A DNA stretch of 62,977 nucleotides, counting the filler, from Lenisia limosa (Eukaryota; Protista; Breviatea), in NCBI GenBank assembly GCA_001655205.1. It is 10 parts of 10 records of this genome, joined end to end, with 100 filler letters (N's around TTAATTAATTAA, not from the genome) between each part and the next. Parts side by side here need not be neighbours in the genome. Positions count along the whole stretch, not along the records: positions 19,674 to 33,278 come from LPNZ01010202.1; positions 33,379 to 36,977 come from LPNZ01007060.1; positions 37,078 to 47,559 come from LPNZ01005651.1; 7 more parts are not named here. One strand, 5' to 3'. The notes beneath the pieces are model-generated. The model worked only from the letters and a program-made list of their open reading frames with translations. It did not search any database and was not told where the DNA came from. Made by a program: the position numbers and the translations under genes. This document shows positions 25,377-37,128 of this stretch, piece by piece; positions within the stretch are counted from its first letter, which is position 1; each line of letters begins with the position of its first letter.

Positions 25377-28346
25377 CTATACAATGGTATACTCCTCATC
25401 GTCATCGGAATGGATCAGAGCGGAGTGTGCTGTTGAGGCAATGGGAGCGGTTTTACCCTCGTACATTCCTGGATTGTAACAAACGTGTTCCCCCCCCCCT
25501 CAATATGAAGGAGCTACTTTTAGGTTTAAAAATATCGACACTTTCACGGACCACACGGAAGCCAGCACACTGATGAGGATTTCTCTGGCGCCGAACTTGA
25601 AGTTCTGCATGGCCGTGATTGTTACAATGAGAATCCCGACACGTGTGATGAAGAAGAAGAGTACTGCGTGGTTAGTGTGCGGTTAGAAGAAGAGTAGTGT
25701 GCGGTTAGAAGAAGAGAAGTGTGTGATTAGAAGAAGAGTATTGTGCGGTTAGAAGAAGAGTAGTGTGCGGTTAGAACTCGTCCACTTAGGGCGAGGGAAA
25801 GCCGAGAGGTATTGAATATGATCGCTATGTTTTATGAGCTGAAATCCCCAATTATGAATTATTATGAAGTGGAATGCCCTGCTCACAGACGACACAGAGG
25901 GGAACAAAGAAGATTCCAGGTACTCTCAATGCTGCGATCTAAGTGGACGTGAGAACATGCCTGAAAAGCAGGTGTGAACGAGCCATTTCATCTCCCCCAC
26001 AAGAGCATGATCATATACCATATGATATATATTAACCCGCTTTTCTTATGTGATATTCTGATAATATGGGATATCCCACTTACAAAAACAACACGAGCCA
26101 GGAGAAGGAGGAATTGAATAAATCCAAAAATCAGCCAAATCACTGCGAAGCTCATCATTTCCTCACGAATCTGGGGGAATTAACCAGTGGTGAGAATGAA
26201 TGAACATAAACTGCTCTTCTTTTTTTATTATCAAAAGAAAAGATCATAAAAGAGAATGCACAATATTGCAAGTACTGAGCGATCTGAATAATTTCCCTTC
26301 AAACTACCTCCACAGTAGCGCACTCAGCCACAATCCCCAGCACCGCCTACCGCCACATAGCCCATAACAGTCCATGAAAATGAGAACGTGACCATCAGGA
26401 TAATGAGGGGAATGAGGTAGTCTGTGGTCATTACCGAGCTCTGGGGAATTAGAACAAGATTATTGTACAGGTTTGTCACATTAGTAAATGAATGAAGTAT
26501 CTAGTACCACTATTGTAGAGCTGTTAATCTCTCGGAGTAATTATGCATCTGCTCACTCTCAAAAAAACCCTAAGGCAACGTAAACCGTCTGAACTCCTCA
26601 AACCATAGAGGTAATTGCAAAACACCACATCAGGTCAAGTAGAAGGAGACTTTGGTGCATAGAATATGTATTGTAGATTTCTACAGTATGTTAGAATGCG
26701 TTTCACACAGGAAGGGGAATGTGGTTGGAGGGGGGGGGGTTGGCAAACGAATAAATCAAAAAGGCCTTCACAGAAATAAGACAACCTAAATCAGGGTTGC
26801 AAGTCAGAAACCGAGTGGCTATCATTAAAAAAATGCGCTTACTTCTTCTCTGTATGTCACCTCCGATCATCTTAAAGACCACCCACCCACACTCCCTGAA
26901 AGGTGAAGAAAATACTTCATCTACTAATCGAGTAAATGATCGACTTTCAAGATAGAAAGAAACAAGGTTTCATCTCCTGGATAGCAGAGTTGTATTGTAA
27001 CTTTAACATATCGATATATTTTAACTAGTAATATATGTAATTCACGCAAAAAATGGCCCACAGAGTGATTCTTAAATATACTCATATTGTTCCAAAAATG
27101 ACAGGATTTGCAATACGGGCTACTTACTTGAGGCATTTCAAGGCGAGCCCCATGTTGATCGGGTAAACAGCCAGCGTCAAATAAAACCTATAAAAAGCCA
27201 TGAACACCCTTCAAGAATGGTTACATTATCCACCAGGTGAGTGTCCAAGGTAAAATACTTAATGTAAAATAACGCCACTCTAATATATCAAATAAAGTGT
27301 CCCACACACCTTATTGTTTTAAAGCCTGACGATTTGAGGTCATTGTTATCGTAGAAAAACGAATACATGGTGTAGGCCAGGAAGAACGTCATTGTGACCA
27401 TGAAGCCGCCAAGCTCGAACTTCGACTCCCTCACAACTCCAAAGAGAGCAAGGAGTACGCCGAAGGAGGATAACGTAATCTACAGACATGAACACTTGCC
27501 TCGCTTCGATAAAAGAAAAAAACAGAACCCATGAATTTGAAAATTTACTCATCTTTATTCACAATGATAAAATGTATGTAATGTATAAAAAATGTCGCAA
27601 AAGTGATGAGTATTTCTGTAGGCCTTTGTTTTTGGAACCCCCCCCCCCCAATCCAGTGGCTTTCTACATAGTAGTTCTCCAAACCCGCAAACGAAGAGGA
27701 AGCCAAGTGCTAAACTGTTAAAGCAAGAGAACATCAAAAAGGTAAAGGACTGGGAAACACAGGGGGGTTTAAATTTTCGGATACCTTTCCCTCCAACCAT
27801 AACATTTTTTCTGTTCGTCATTTTTTTTATAAATGTCCAAATGGAAAATCTTTTAAGGCTCTGCTACCGAAAATTGGCAACGTAATGGAGTTAAGGAATT
27901 CAATTCCCCCTGATAAAACGGACCAAAATACATACAAAAAGAGTACGTTCAAAGAATCCAGATACCCCTCAAAAACAATCAACAAGAAAGAAAAAGACAT
28001 AGACGGCAGACAAAGTTGGAATTGACTCAGTGGGTCCCGAACAGCAACGAGGAATTTTCTGAAACTCAAAAATCTCCGAAAACAACAAAACTACTCCGTC
28101 CCTTCATCTTCCCTTCTGTATATATATTATTATAATAAAACATCCGAAACAAGCCTTTCCTACCAAGGTGTTCCTCATCTGGCTTCTGTATCATTCGCCA
28201 CGACGTGATGAGCAACGATGCCAATCCGGTGATCACAACAAAGATCACAAACAGTTTGGCTGCTGGAGACCATTTCTTCTCCTAAAGGGTAACTACCGCG
28301 CTGATTAGTAATGCCTTACGTTTATTCTCCGTGTTACAATTGACAT
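25377..28346 (-). CDS. UPF0658-like multipass membrane protein
   Basis: Hydrophobic exons plus ECGWVVFKMIGGDIQRR|KIYNTYSMHQSLLLLDL, YVA|IREE and AMQNFKFGARE resemble the fungal/protist UPF0658 pattern FGWxxYKxxxADxxxxxxY...LLKxD, AVRxE, NFGKGLK. ATG at 28346, TAG at 25377. Confidence 0.6.
25676..25776. repeat. 22-bp tandem repeat, about 5 units, intronic
   Basis: Unit GTGCGGTTAGAAGAAGAGTAGT. Confidence 0.9.
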
Positions 28347-28690
28347 TGTTGAAGAGGCACCTAAGGAAGATGGGATCAAACGGAGGTTTAGACTTGCGGG
28401 ATTCCTCCTCAAGTACAATTGTACAATGTTTTAGGATGTTATATATATGGCTATATACACAAAAAAAAAAAAGAACGAATAGGTCGACGATACGATTGAA
28501 ATAGCCCGGCCCGCCAATCTTTTTACCAGAACTCCAGACAGAATCCGCCTTTTTGCAATTCAGGAGCATCCAATATAACGTTTCAAAACAACAGGTGCAT
28601 TTGACGGATCACATTTGATACTTCTTGCCAGCAACTTAGATATAGTGCTCTGGGATAGTTGGTACAAGTCAGCTCCTGCTCTCTACGGTC

Positions 28691-31600
28691 ATGAGTAACG
28701 AGGTAAGGTAAATGTTACCATTTCCGTGAGATATTGATGATATTAATTGACAGTTGCCTTGGTCTGCAACTTCCGTGCTGGCTTTACTGACTTTAGGACC
28801 AGCAAAAGACGGCACATGTGGCTGTGAAGGACCCTGTTAGTGGTAGGTTTCTTGATATCAACATTCATATGGTGTATAAGTAAGAATACTCCACCAATTT
28901 AATAAGCATATTTTGAATATATGGACCTATCAAGCATGCGTAACATGTATCATATTGTACAGATTGAAAAATAAAGGGGTTTATATATTATACCATTAGT
29001 TGCTGAATGTGATTCCGTCTTTAGCATCACCAGAAGAACCGGAGCAGCAAAAGGAGGCCGACAAATCTTCTTCTGCTGAGGAGAAGAAGGAGACTCCCAT
29101 CAAAAATGGTGAACAGAATGTGAGTGGGACTGTTCTGAAGCCTTTTCTTTTGCAATTAAAATCGAATAAAATGTGATTTTGTTATCCTGGGATTTCGTCA
29201 CTATTTGACAGAAAGTTTGATTCATCTTTTATCTTTTCATCATCCTTACAGAGTGAAAAAGATGCGGAGCACGACCCTTTCCTCGCTCCTGTTGCGATGA
29301 AGTACCGAAAGCCGGCCCTGTCTTCTGACGAGCGGACTGATAGGGAAACTAGCAGGAAGAAGTGGAGTGTAAGGGGGTGGATAATATCATCCACATTATA
29401 CCCGGCATTTCCTTGCTTGTTGTTGACTATTATCTTGAGTGCAACTTTCATAGCATCCGATAATACACTGACATGGTTATCAGAAGGTTCAGTATTGAAG
29501 CGCTCCAGACAGTGTTCAAGCTATTATGTAAAAAACACGAGCAAAGTAACCATCCTTTGACCCGAATGTCTTATGATAGTAACCCTTTTAGAAGAAGACG
29601 CTGAAAGGTAGACATAACAAGGCCAACAAGGGACCCGATTTTGGTAGGGTCTGGGCACATGGGTGGCGATGGGGCACTTTCAGAGGAATAGTTCAGTGTA
29701 TTTGCTACAAGTTAAAGGCACGTTTTAGGAAGTACTCTTATCAACAGTGTTATCAACAAAAATATGAAAGAGGATGAGAGGAACATGAGCGACACGTAGC
29801 AGCTATTCAGGCTTTTATCCATTTTTGTTATAAGTTGACATGGAGTCCAAGGAATTTCACCGGACAAAATATTACTTACCCTTGGTGCCTTGTTGGCTCT
29901 TCACAGCGCAACATGTTGCCAACATTGTGTCTTTTTGTCACCCTCCCCAGGAATGTGTCGGGAATATGCCATCAACGGCGGAAAGGACGGCCGGTGTATT
30001 TTCGGGACCAGGTGGGGTAGATAGGGGCTTTCTTCCTTTGGACCACATTTATTTGGGGGGCTGAGCTCCACTTTGTTTTTTTGTTTTTCAAACACGAATA
30101 TATCGATAAAATTTCGATAAATCTCGATGATTTACAAGTATTTTGCATTGAAAGTGATGCTCTAACATTTGGCTATATTATCTCCATGGAATACACAGCT
30201 GGTTATTAACAGTTCAGTTGCAAATTCAGCCACGACTTTGAGAAGTATCTTTGTAGGAGCGTGAGATGAAACAATATGGAGAGCTAAACGTTCAGTTCAG
30301 TCAATATCATCATAATTTCTTGGCAATATATTATATCACTATTTTTTCGAACCTAACTCAGGTTCTAACAATGAAGTGGAGAGTGGAGAGATTCATCAGA
30401 TTTTCCATGATACCAAACTGCTCGTAGATAACTCACTGATCCAGCGGAGAAGAAGCCTGACATCATGGACCACTGCCCCAGCTTCGACAAAACAGGAAAG
30501 TAAGAATTTTTTTTTAAAAAAATGGAATTCATGATAATGGGCGTATCCATCAAATTCAATATACAGAAAAAATATGTACAAATACAGTGTATATAATATA
30601 TACATGTATGTTCTGTATAAGGTGTCCTTATCAAGAAATTCAGGATTGAGTTTATTGTTAAAGGTCTTTGCTCGATCATTTGTCACCCCTATCCTACAGG
30701 TGCCCCCAAGGATTAATGTGTCGATGCGGCTCTTCGCACATTGACGGAACAACCAATATGGTGGATGAGAAGGTGGGGGACACTGGGGAGGCGGGGCAGT
30801 TTTTGGTCAATCGGAGCTTCAGAGATGTTATTATTAGTTATTCACTGTTGTAAACAATATTCGAAGAATACAGGTTACATTACATTTGTCGATAAATCTG
30901 TTTTTTAACCTTTTTTTTTCGAATTTACTTGCGCTGGGCTCTGGGGTTGAGTGGGTTCACACCGTTTGTATTTATCTCCGACCTATCATGTCGTTCAATT
31001 GACCCCCAGAAAGCGGCAGCCTACAAGGCCGCAGGTCCCGACATTCAAAACACCTTCGATCGAGGTGCAATCAAAGACCTGGCAAATGGTATCACGTAGG
31101 GAGGCATCTTGGTTTTTTTAATTAAACTGTTTTTTTTTTGTCTCTGAACTCAAGCATTATGGTTTCAATTTCTTCCACTGCCCATTTCTTCCACTACCTC
31201 CCCCTCCCGCCTTTTTTTAATTCTACATATTTTCTCATCTTTCAAATGTCTTCTGTTTTCGAATGTCTTCTGCCACACAAAGCACAACCGGTGTTGAAAT
31301 TCGGGACTGGGAGAGAGGGAAGGGGCGAGTGAACTACCCTAACAGCCTTTTCTTTATTGTTGGCATTTGTCTTCTACCAATGCTCTGTGACTATGGCTTT
31401 AATACTCTTTTGAACCTGAAAACACCAAACATATAAACGGACAGAGTTATATTTAAAACGAGAAAAAGACGCTCCAACCAGCATCGAACTGGCAGCATGA
31501 TTGGAAATTGAAGGTCAACAACAGTCACCTTGTTCGTACCATGGGGATTACGTTTTTGAAGTCGATTAATCCATTTTGTCTGACAATTCCTAGTTTTATT

Positions 31601-33227
31601 TGAGTCTCTTTTTTCAGTATCGTGCTTCGTTTCACTTATTTTATTCCTTTATTCGACAGCCTACATGTTATACTATCATCATTATTCTTTCTCGTGATGG
31701 TTGACAGCTTTAGCCAAAACTACCATACGAAATTGTAAAGTGTATGTAATTATACGTAATATAACATTAAATTGTGGCATATGAACGTTTTATCTCGTAC
31801 AGACTTATTAACTCCGCAGAAAATTTCCCCGTTCAGCCTCCGCTGTGAAGGCTGTCAATGATCTGACCAAGGCCAATGTAGAGAAGAACAACACCAGCGT
31901 CCTCAACCCCAATGCCTTGAACAATCCTGCTAAGAGAGCCAGGACAATGCAAACTGTGGGGGAGGGGGTTTTCAAGACAACTGCGTTGTAAGCTTCTGAG
32001 ACAACACAGGTTAACTTTCCAGATTTTTTTTTGTTTTGAATTTTTCTCACTCAGTTAGGAGGAAGTTGATGGTGATTGTGTCAAGTACTACAGCCTTGAA
32101 GATAGGAAAAAGGTGGGAGCGGGTCTTCGTTGACACAAACCTAGTTTGATTATTGTACATCTGTTCACGTATCAGCCAACAGAGTTGATTTAGGCATTTT
32201 TGTTTCATAAATTTATTTTACCCCCCCCCCCCCTAGTTGGANNNNNNNNNNNNNNNNNNNNNNNNNNNNNNNNNNNNNNNNNNNNNNNNNNNNNNNNNNN
32301 NNNNNNNNNNNNNNNNNNNNNNNNNNNNNNNCGGCAACATTCCGTTCCGTCGGATCTGCAAGGAGTTCGGAGCCGATGTCACCATCAGGTAGGGGGGGAG
32401 GGGGATTGGTGGTAATTAACGCTCCTCTTATTTCTCATTTCCACCTAATACATAGGGCTTCACTTTGGTTCGAAAAAGACTGATAAAATGTCGATATTTA
32501 TCGAAGATTTGTAAAAATTCAGTCTTTTATTGAACCAAAGTGAAGCCCTTTTATTCCTAAAATACATATGCGACCATATGAGAGGAGGTGGCATATGCGG
32601 CAATATGAGAGGGGGTGGCATAAAGGACGAAATTTGAGTGCTCACCTCTTATAGTGAAATGGCGTTTGCTCACGAGGTCCTCCGAGGCAACCGGTCGGAC
32701 ATTGCCCTCCTCCGCCGCCACAAGTCTGAAACCTGTTTCGGCGCCCAGGTGTGCTGATGGGTTGATTAGTGATTGGTTATGACTAGGTGCTTCTTTGATG
32801 GTTTAATGTGCTGTTTGAAATACATTTGGAGAGTTAGTAGACAGTTTTTGATTTTTATAAAAATACTGTTGAGCATCCAGTATGGCATATGATACAGTAT
32901 CACGTACTTAGATATGCGGCTCGTCCCCCGAGGAAATGGCTAAGGTGTCCGAGTTGATCCACGACAATCTGCAGGCCGACTTCATCGACATCAACGCTGC
33001 CTGCCCAGTAGGCTGCCCCTATCATTCGGGGGAAGGGAGACTTCTTTATAAAGCGACCAATGAAAAAAAAAAACATTCCAAGTTGACAACATAATAGCGA
33101 TATTCACCCCCAGATGGACATGGTGTGTAACAGGGGCCACGGAGCTGCCTTGATGCTGAAACCTTCGAAACTTGAAAAGCTGTCGACAGCCATCGCGGCA
33201 GTCACTGACCTGCCCCTTACCATCAAG
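28691..33227 (+). CDS. DUS3: tRNA-dihydrouridine(47) synthase DUS3-like with two CCCH zinc fingers, 3' truncated
   Basis: Exons: GMCREYAINGGKDGRCIFGT|CKFSHDFEKYL, HCPSFDKTGK|CPQGLMCRCGSSH, GNIPFRRICKEFGADVTIS|EMAFAHEVLRGNRSDIALLRRHKSETCFGAQ|ICGSSPEEM...DFIDINAACP|MDMVCNRGHGAALM...PLTIK. Confidence 0.92.
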
Positions 33228-33486
33228 GTGCGTCATTGGGATAGTGTGTAAGCGTGTGGGGTGGTTGGCAGATACATANNNNNNNNNNNNNNNNNNNNNN
33301 NNNNNNNNNNNNNNNNNNNNNNTTAATTAATTAANNNNNNNNNNNNNNNNNNNNNNNNNNNNNNNNNNNNNNNNNNNNTGCGGTTCAGAGACATAGGAAG
33401 GCAATTATTGCCCAACTTCAAGTGGGGACTGGGACAAAAAGGGGGCTGTTTATGGTGTATTTACCTTTAGCATTAGTGGTTGCAGG

Positions 33487-33586
33487 TTGTGCGTCACTTC
33501 GGTTCAAAAAAGACCGGTAAAATATCGATAGCTTTCGAAGATTTATCGACAAATTCAGTCTTTTTTCGAACCAAAGTGAAGCCCTA
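33487..33586. mobile_element. MITE family A with 8-bp TSD GTTGCAGG
   Basis: 100 bp with TIRs; exact GTTGCAGG on both flanks. Confidence 0.88.
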
Positions 33587-33783
33587 GTTGCAGGTGAACT
33601 TCACATATGACACGTGGGGATAGTTTTGGGCCAAGTAACGGGGGGAGGGGGGATACGGTAGATATATTTATAATTTTAAATTACTGTTTCGAAATTCATT
33701 TCTTTGAGTATTACCCCTTCTTATCACTCCCACCCCCCAGCATTAGTGAAGATAGGTGGAAGATGCCCGAGCCTCCTTTCCAG

Positions 33784-34041
33784 AGTACAAGATACCCTTG
33801 CCCCATACAAGCAATCTGTTCTTGTAGGCTGAAATGTTCATGATTGGGTGAATTAATACTATGCTAATCCATCTCTGATCCGCGTGATGATGTGGTCGGC
33901 TTCAGCCTAACACAACCTTTGTTGTATCACTTCTGTAATGCCCCCCAGGTGGAGGCTCAACAAAGAGCCTCAGAATACCTGTCACTTTTGGAGTCGGCTG
34001 AGTCAGTTAAATCAGCTGTTCTTGCTAAAATGCCAGCGCCT
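33784..34041 (+). CDS. Adaptor complex large subunit (AP-1 gamma or AP-2 alpha) fragment, two exons
   Basis: VQDTLAPYKQSVL|VEAQQRASEYLSLLESAESVKSAVLAKMPAP matches the conserved VELQQRAVEY...VLxxMP motif at the end of the adaptin trunk. Confidence 0.75.
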
Positions 34042-34852
34042 GTTGGAGGGGGGGGGGGGNNNNNNNNNNNNNNNNNNNNNNNNNNNNNNNNNNNNNNNNN
34101 NNNNNNNNNNNNNNNNNNNNNNNNNNNNNNNNNNNNNNNNNNNNNNNNNNNNNNNNNNNNNNNNNNNNNNAAAAGTGTTTTAAAGCCCGTAGAATAAAAA
34201 TAAAAAGTCGGAAAACCCTTAAAATGGGGTGGGGGGAGCAAAATGCGGGAAGAACGAAATACACAGGCTAACCTTTGGCTGAAAAAAATAGAAGAACGGT
34301 GTCAAAGATCGTGACCCTGTTGTTACCTCGGCTCAACCAAGTTAGTAAAGGTAGGTGGAAAGAACTTCAAAAAAAAAGAGTAGTTCCGTGGGGTAACCGC
34401 GTTGAGAGTAGAGCAGTAGTATATAGTAATCAGAGAACAAAAACAACAAAACAAATTTGAGAGACTAGTCAGGCGTTGGGAGGCTTGGACTATGCGAGGA
34501 ACTAAAAAAAAAAAATTAAGACTGCCTGAAATTGGCAACGTGTGTGTGAAATGAGGCGAAGAACTAACGTCAGGGGTGGANNNNNNNNNNNNNNNNNNNN
34601 NNNNNNNNNNNNNNNNNNNNNNNNNNNNNNNNNNNNNNNNNNNNNNNNNNNNNNNNNNNNNNNNNNNNNNCTCCCCGCGACGGGTGGAATATGTTGGGCT
34701 ATAGTAGGTTAGGAACCAAGAAAAAAACACCAACACAAAAAAAAACGAAAAGAAGGCTTACGCTAATCTCAAACGGGTCGCTGAGGAGGTCCGGGGGGTC
34801 AAGACTGCCGGTCATCTACGTGGAGTTTGACAACAGGAAAAGCCGGGGCGGA

Positions 34853-36977
34853 TTAGCTTACCGGAAGCGAGGGTGCGTCGAGGGTGTTGGCGATTGGAGG
34901 AGTCAGTTCAGGAACCGTGGCCTGAGTAGTGAAGGTTTGGCCAAGAACAGCGTTGGGGGTGGGGTGCTTGGCCTTGTTTGACGTTTTCTTCTTTCTGAGT
35001 TTTTTGACCTTCTTGGAGGTAGCGTCGTCTGCAGGAGGCGGCGTAGGTTGGCGCTTACGTGGCTTGGCGACTGGCGGACGGTATTCTTCGTCTTGGTCGG
35101 TGTCGTCGTTTCTGTCTTCGTCTTCAGAGGTGGAGTCGTCGGTAGGGTGTCGAGCTGGTAAACGTAGCGCTTCCGGCGTCAAGCAAGCAAGGTCAGCCAT
35201 AGAGACGCCGGCGGAATAGGGGTCTGGTGAAGGTGTCCTGCGACGACGGCCCTTTTCCAGCGTCCTGGCTTCGTTTTTACCGGGTTCGTCTTCTTCGGAG
35301 GAGGATTCGGCCTCAGCGTGGTCTGGGCTGGCGTCTTCGGCGACAATCTCGAACTTGGCCTCGCTGAACCGGACAGGATCTTCTTGGCAGCAGCGGCGAA
35401 GTTGGGGGCGCTGAACGGTCATTCGCGCGCGAGGAGGCTGGGAGTGAACTTGTCCAGGGGCGGTGTGGCGAGGGCTTGGCTGCGCGGCTACGTCAAAGAA
35501 TTTGCAGGTAGTACGCTATGAGGGAACACTGCGTCATGTTGGCAATGATGCCGTCGCTGAAGAGGGATACAATAGGGGCCGTATCGGTGCCATGGCAGTT
35601 GATTTTGCAAAGGGCTCATCATTGCCGGGCGGGCGGGTCACAATGCTGCGGAGGATGGTGTGTTGGCGGCGTACGCGTGTCAAGGCTTGCTCAACAAGGG
35701 CCTCGTTCGTTGTTTCGGCGGAGAGGCGGCACATGGCCAATATGCGGCCGCAGAGGTTGTACTGCAAGATTGACGTAGACGGGCGGGCCCCGAGTAGACC
35801 CTTGCCATGAAGACAGAAATCAAGCGAGTGAAGGCCGACGGCGGCATGGAAGCAGGACTGCCAGGCCGGGGCGAAAGCGTCGACGATAACGTCCATTCGG
35901 CTGAAGTTGTTGTTGTCGGCATTGCGTGGCGGCGTGGTCGTGAAGGCCCATGGAAGGGCGTCGCAGCCGGGGATGTAATCGTCTGGCAGCAACAAGCGAG
36001 GGAACGCCAACAGGTCGACTATGTACTGACCGCTGCTGTGGTCGGAGACGTCGGGGCACCAGAACCGGTGCACGGCTTCACACCATCCGGAGATGACGCT
36101 GGCCTGGTTACCAGTCTGTCGGAGGCCGGTCCAGAAGAGGACAAGGTTCACGGTACAGGCGTCAACTAGGCGGGCGGCGGTGGTCACGGTTGCTGTTACG
36201 CGGTCTGCCAGTTCATGTTAAGTGCGACGTCACCAATAGGCTTCTTGTGTGGGTCGAGGCAGGACACAACGGCGCTGGTCACTACGAAGAGGGCACGGCT
36301 GGCGGAGGCGGGCTTCCAACCACCGGCGACGGGCGGCATGAGAATTGCTTCGCCACGCGGGTCGGGGCCGGCAGCAAGACTGGCTTCCAGCGCCTCGACA
36401 ACGGTATAGGAGTCTTCCTTGCCATGGGTGAGGAGGTGATAGAAGAAGCTTGTCAGTGCAGTTGGAGTGGTGTCGACGTAGGTGTGTGTGCTGAAGGGAG
36501 CAATGGTCGCAATGGCGGCGACGACAGCGGGGGTCAGTAGAGGTTTCTCCAGCAAAGGTGCAGAGAACGGTTGCGTACGCACTCGCGATACTAGCCTTAG
36601 ATATCACTACCCTGGCCTTGACGAGAGCCTCGAGAAAGTCATAGTGGCTGCTACGAATGTACGCGGGGGAGGCTGTAAGGAGGACCGGCAAGGCATGTAG
36701 CTCCACCACGACGCGGTCGTCATAGAGGAGGGTAGTCATTGCTGGCGGCTTGTGTCCCTTGGCCAACGGGCCAGCCCGGACTGACGGCGTCATATTGTCA
36801 AGCTTGACGGACTCCTGCTACCACTGCCCAAGAAAGGAGCACTGCAGCTGGACCTTCGACGGGCTATATATCTTGTGGCGTTTGAAGATGTCGTCGATTG
36901 GCAACGTCGGCTCGATTGGCACCTTTGCAATCACGGACACTAGCACCACAGTACTTAGAAGGCCCTTTGGCGGATAC
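34853..36977 (-). pseudogene. Decayed intronless GC-rich long ORF of unknown, probably foreign (mobile or viral) origin
   Basis: Overlapping minus-strand ORFs (36230-36793, 36196-36582, 35534-36187, 34853-35422) can be stitched via frameshifts and in-frame stops into one ~700-aa frame ending in acidic and K/R-rich tracts. No introns or host repeats in about 2.3 kb. Confidence 0.45.
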
Positions 36978-37128
36978 NNNNNNNNNNNNNNNNNNNNNNN
37001 NNNNNNNNNNNNNNNNNNNNNTTAATTAATTAANNNNNNNNNNNNNNNNNNNNNNNNNNNNNNNNNNNNNNNNNNNNTTCAACACGGGTCTACATGACGT
37101 TTATATTCCACAATCTTTACACCCCAGG

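Noticed and set aside
34853-36977. Calling the GC-rich ORF a specific retrotransposon, integrase or capsid
   Set aside because: No RT, RNase H, DDE, tyrosine-recombinase or capsid motif is recognisable.
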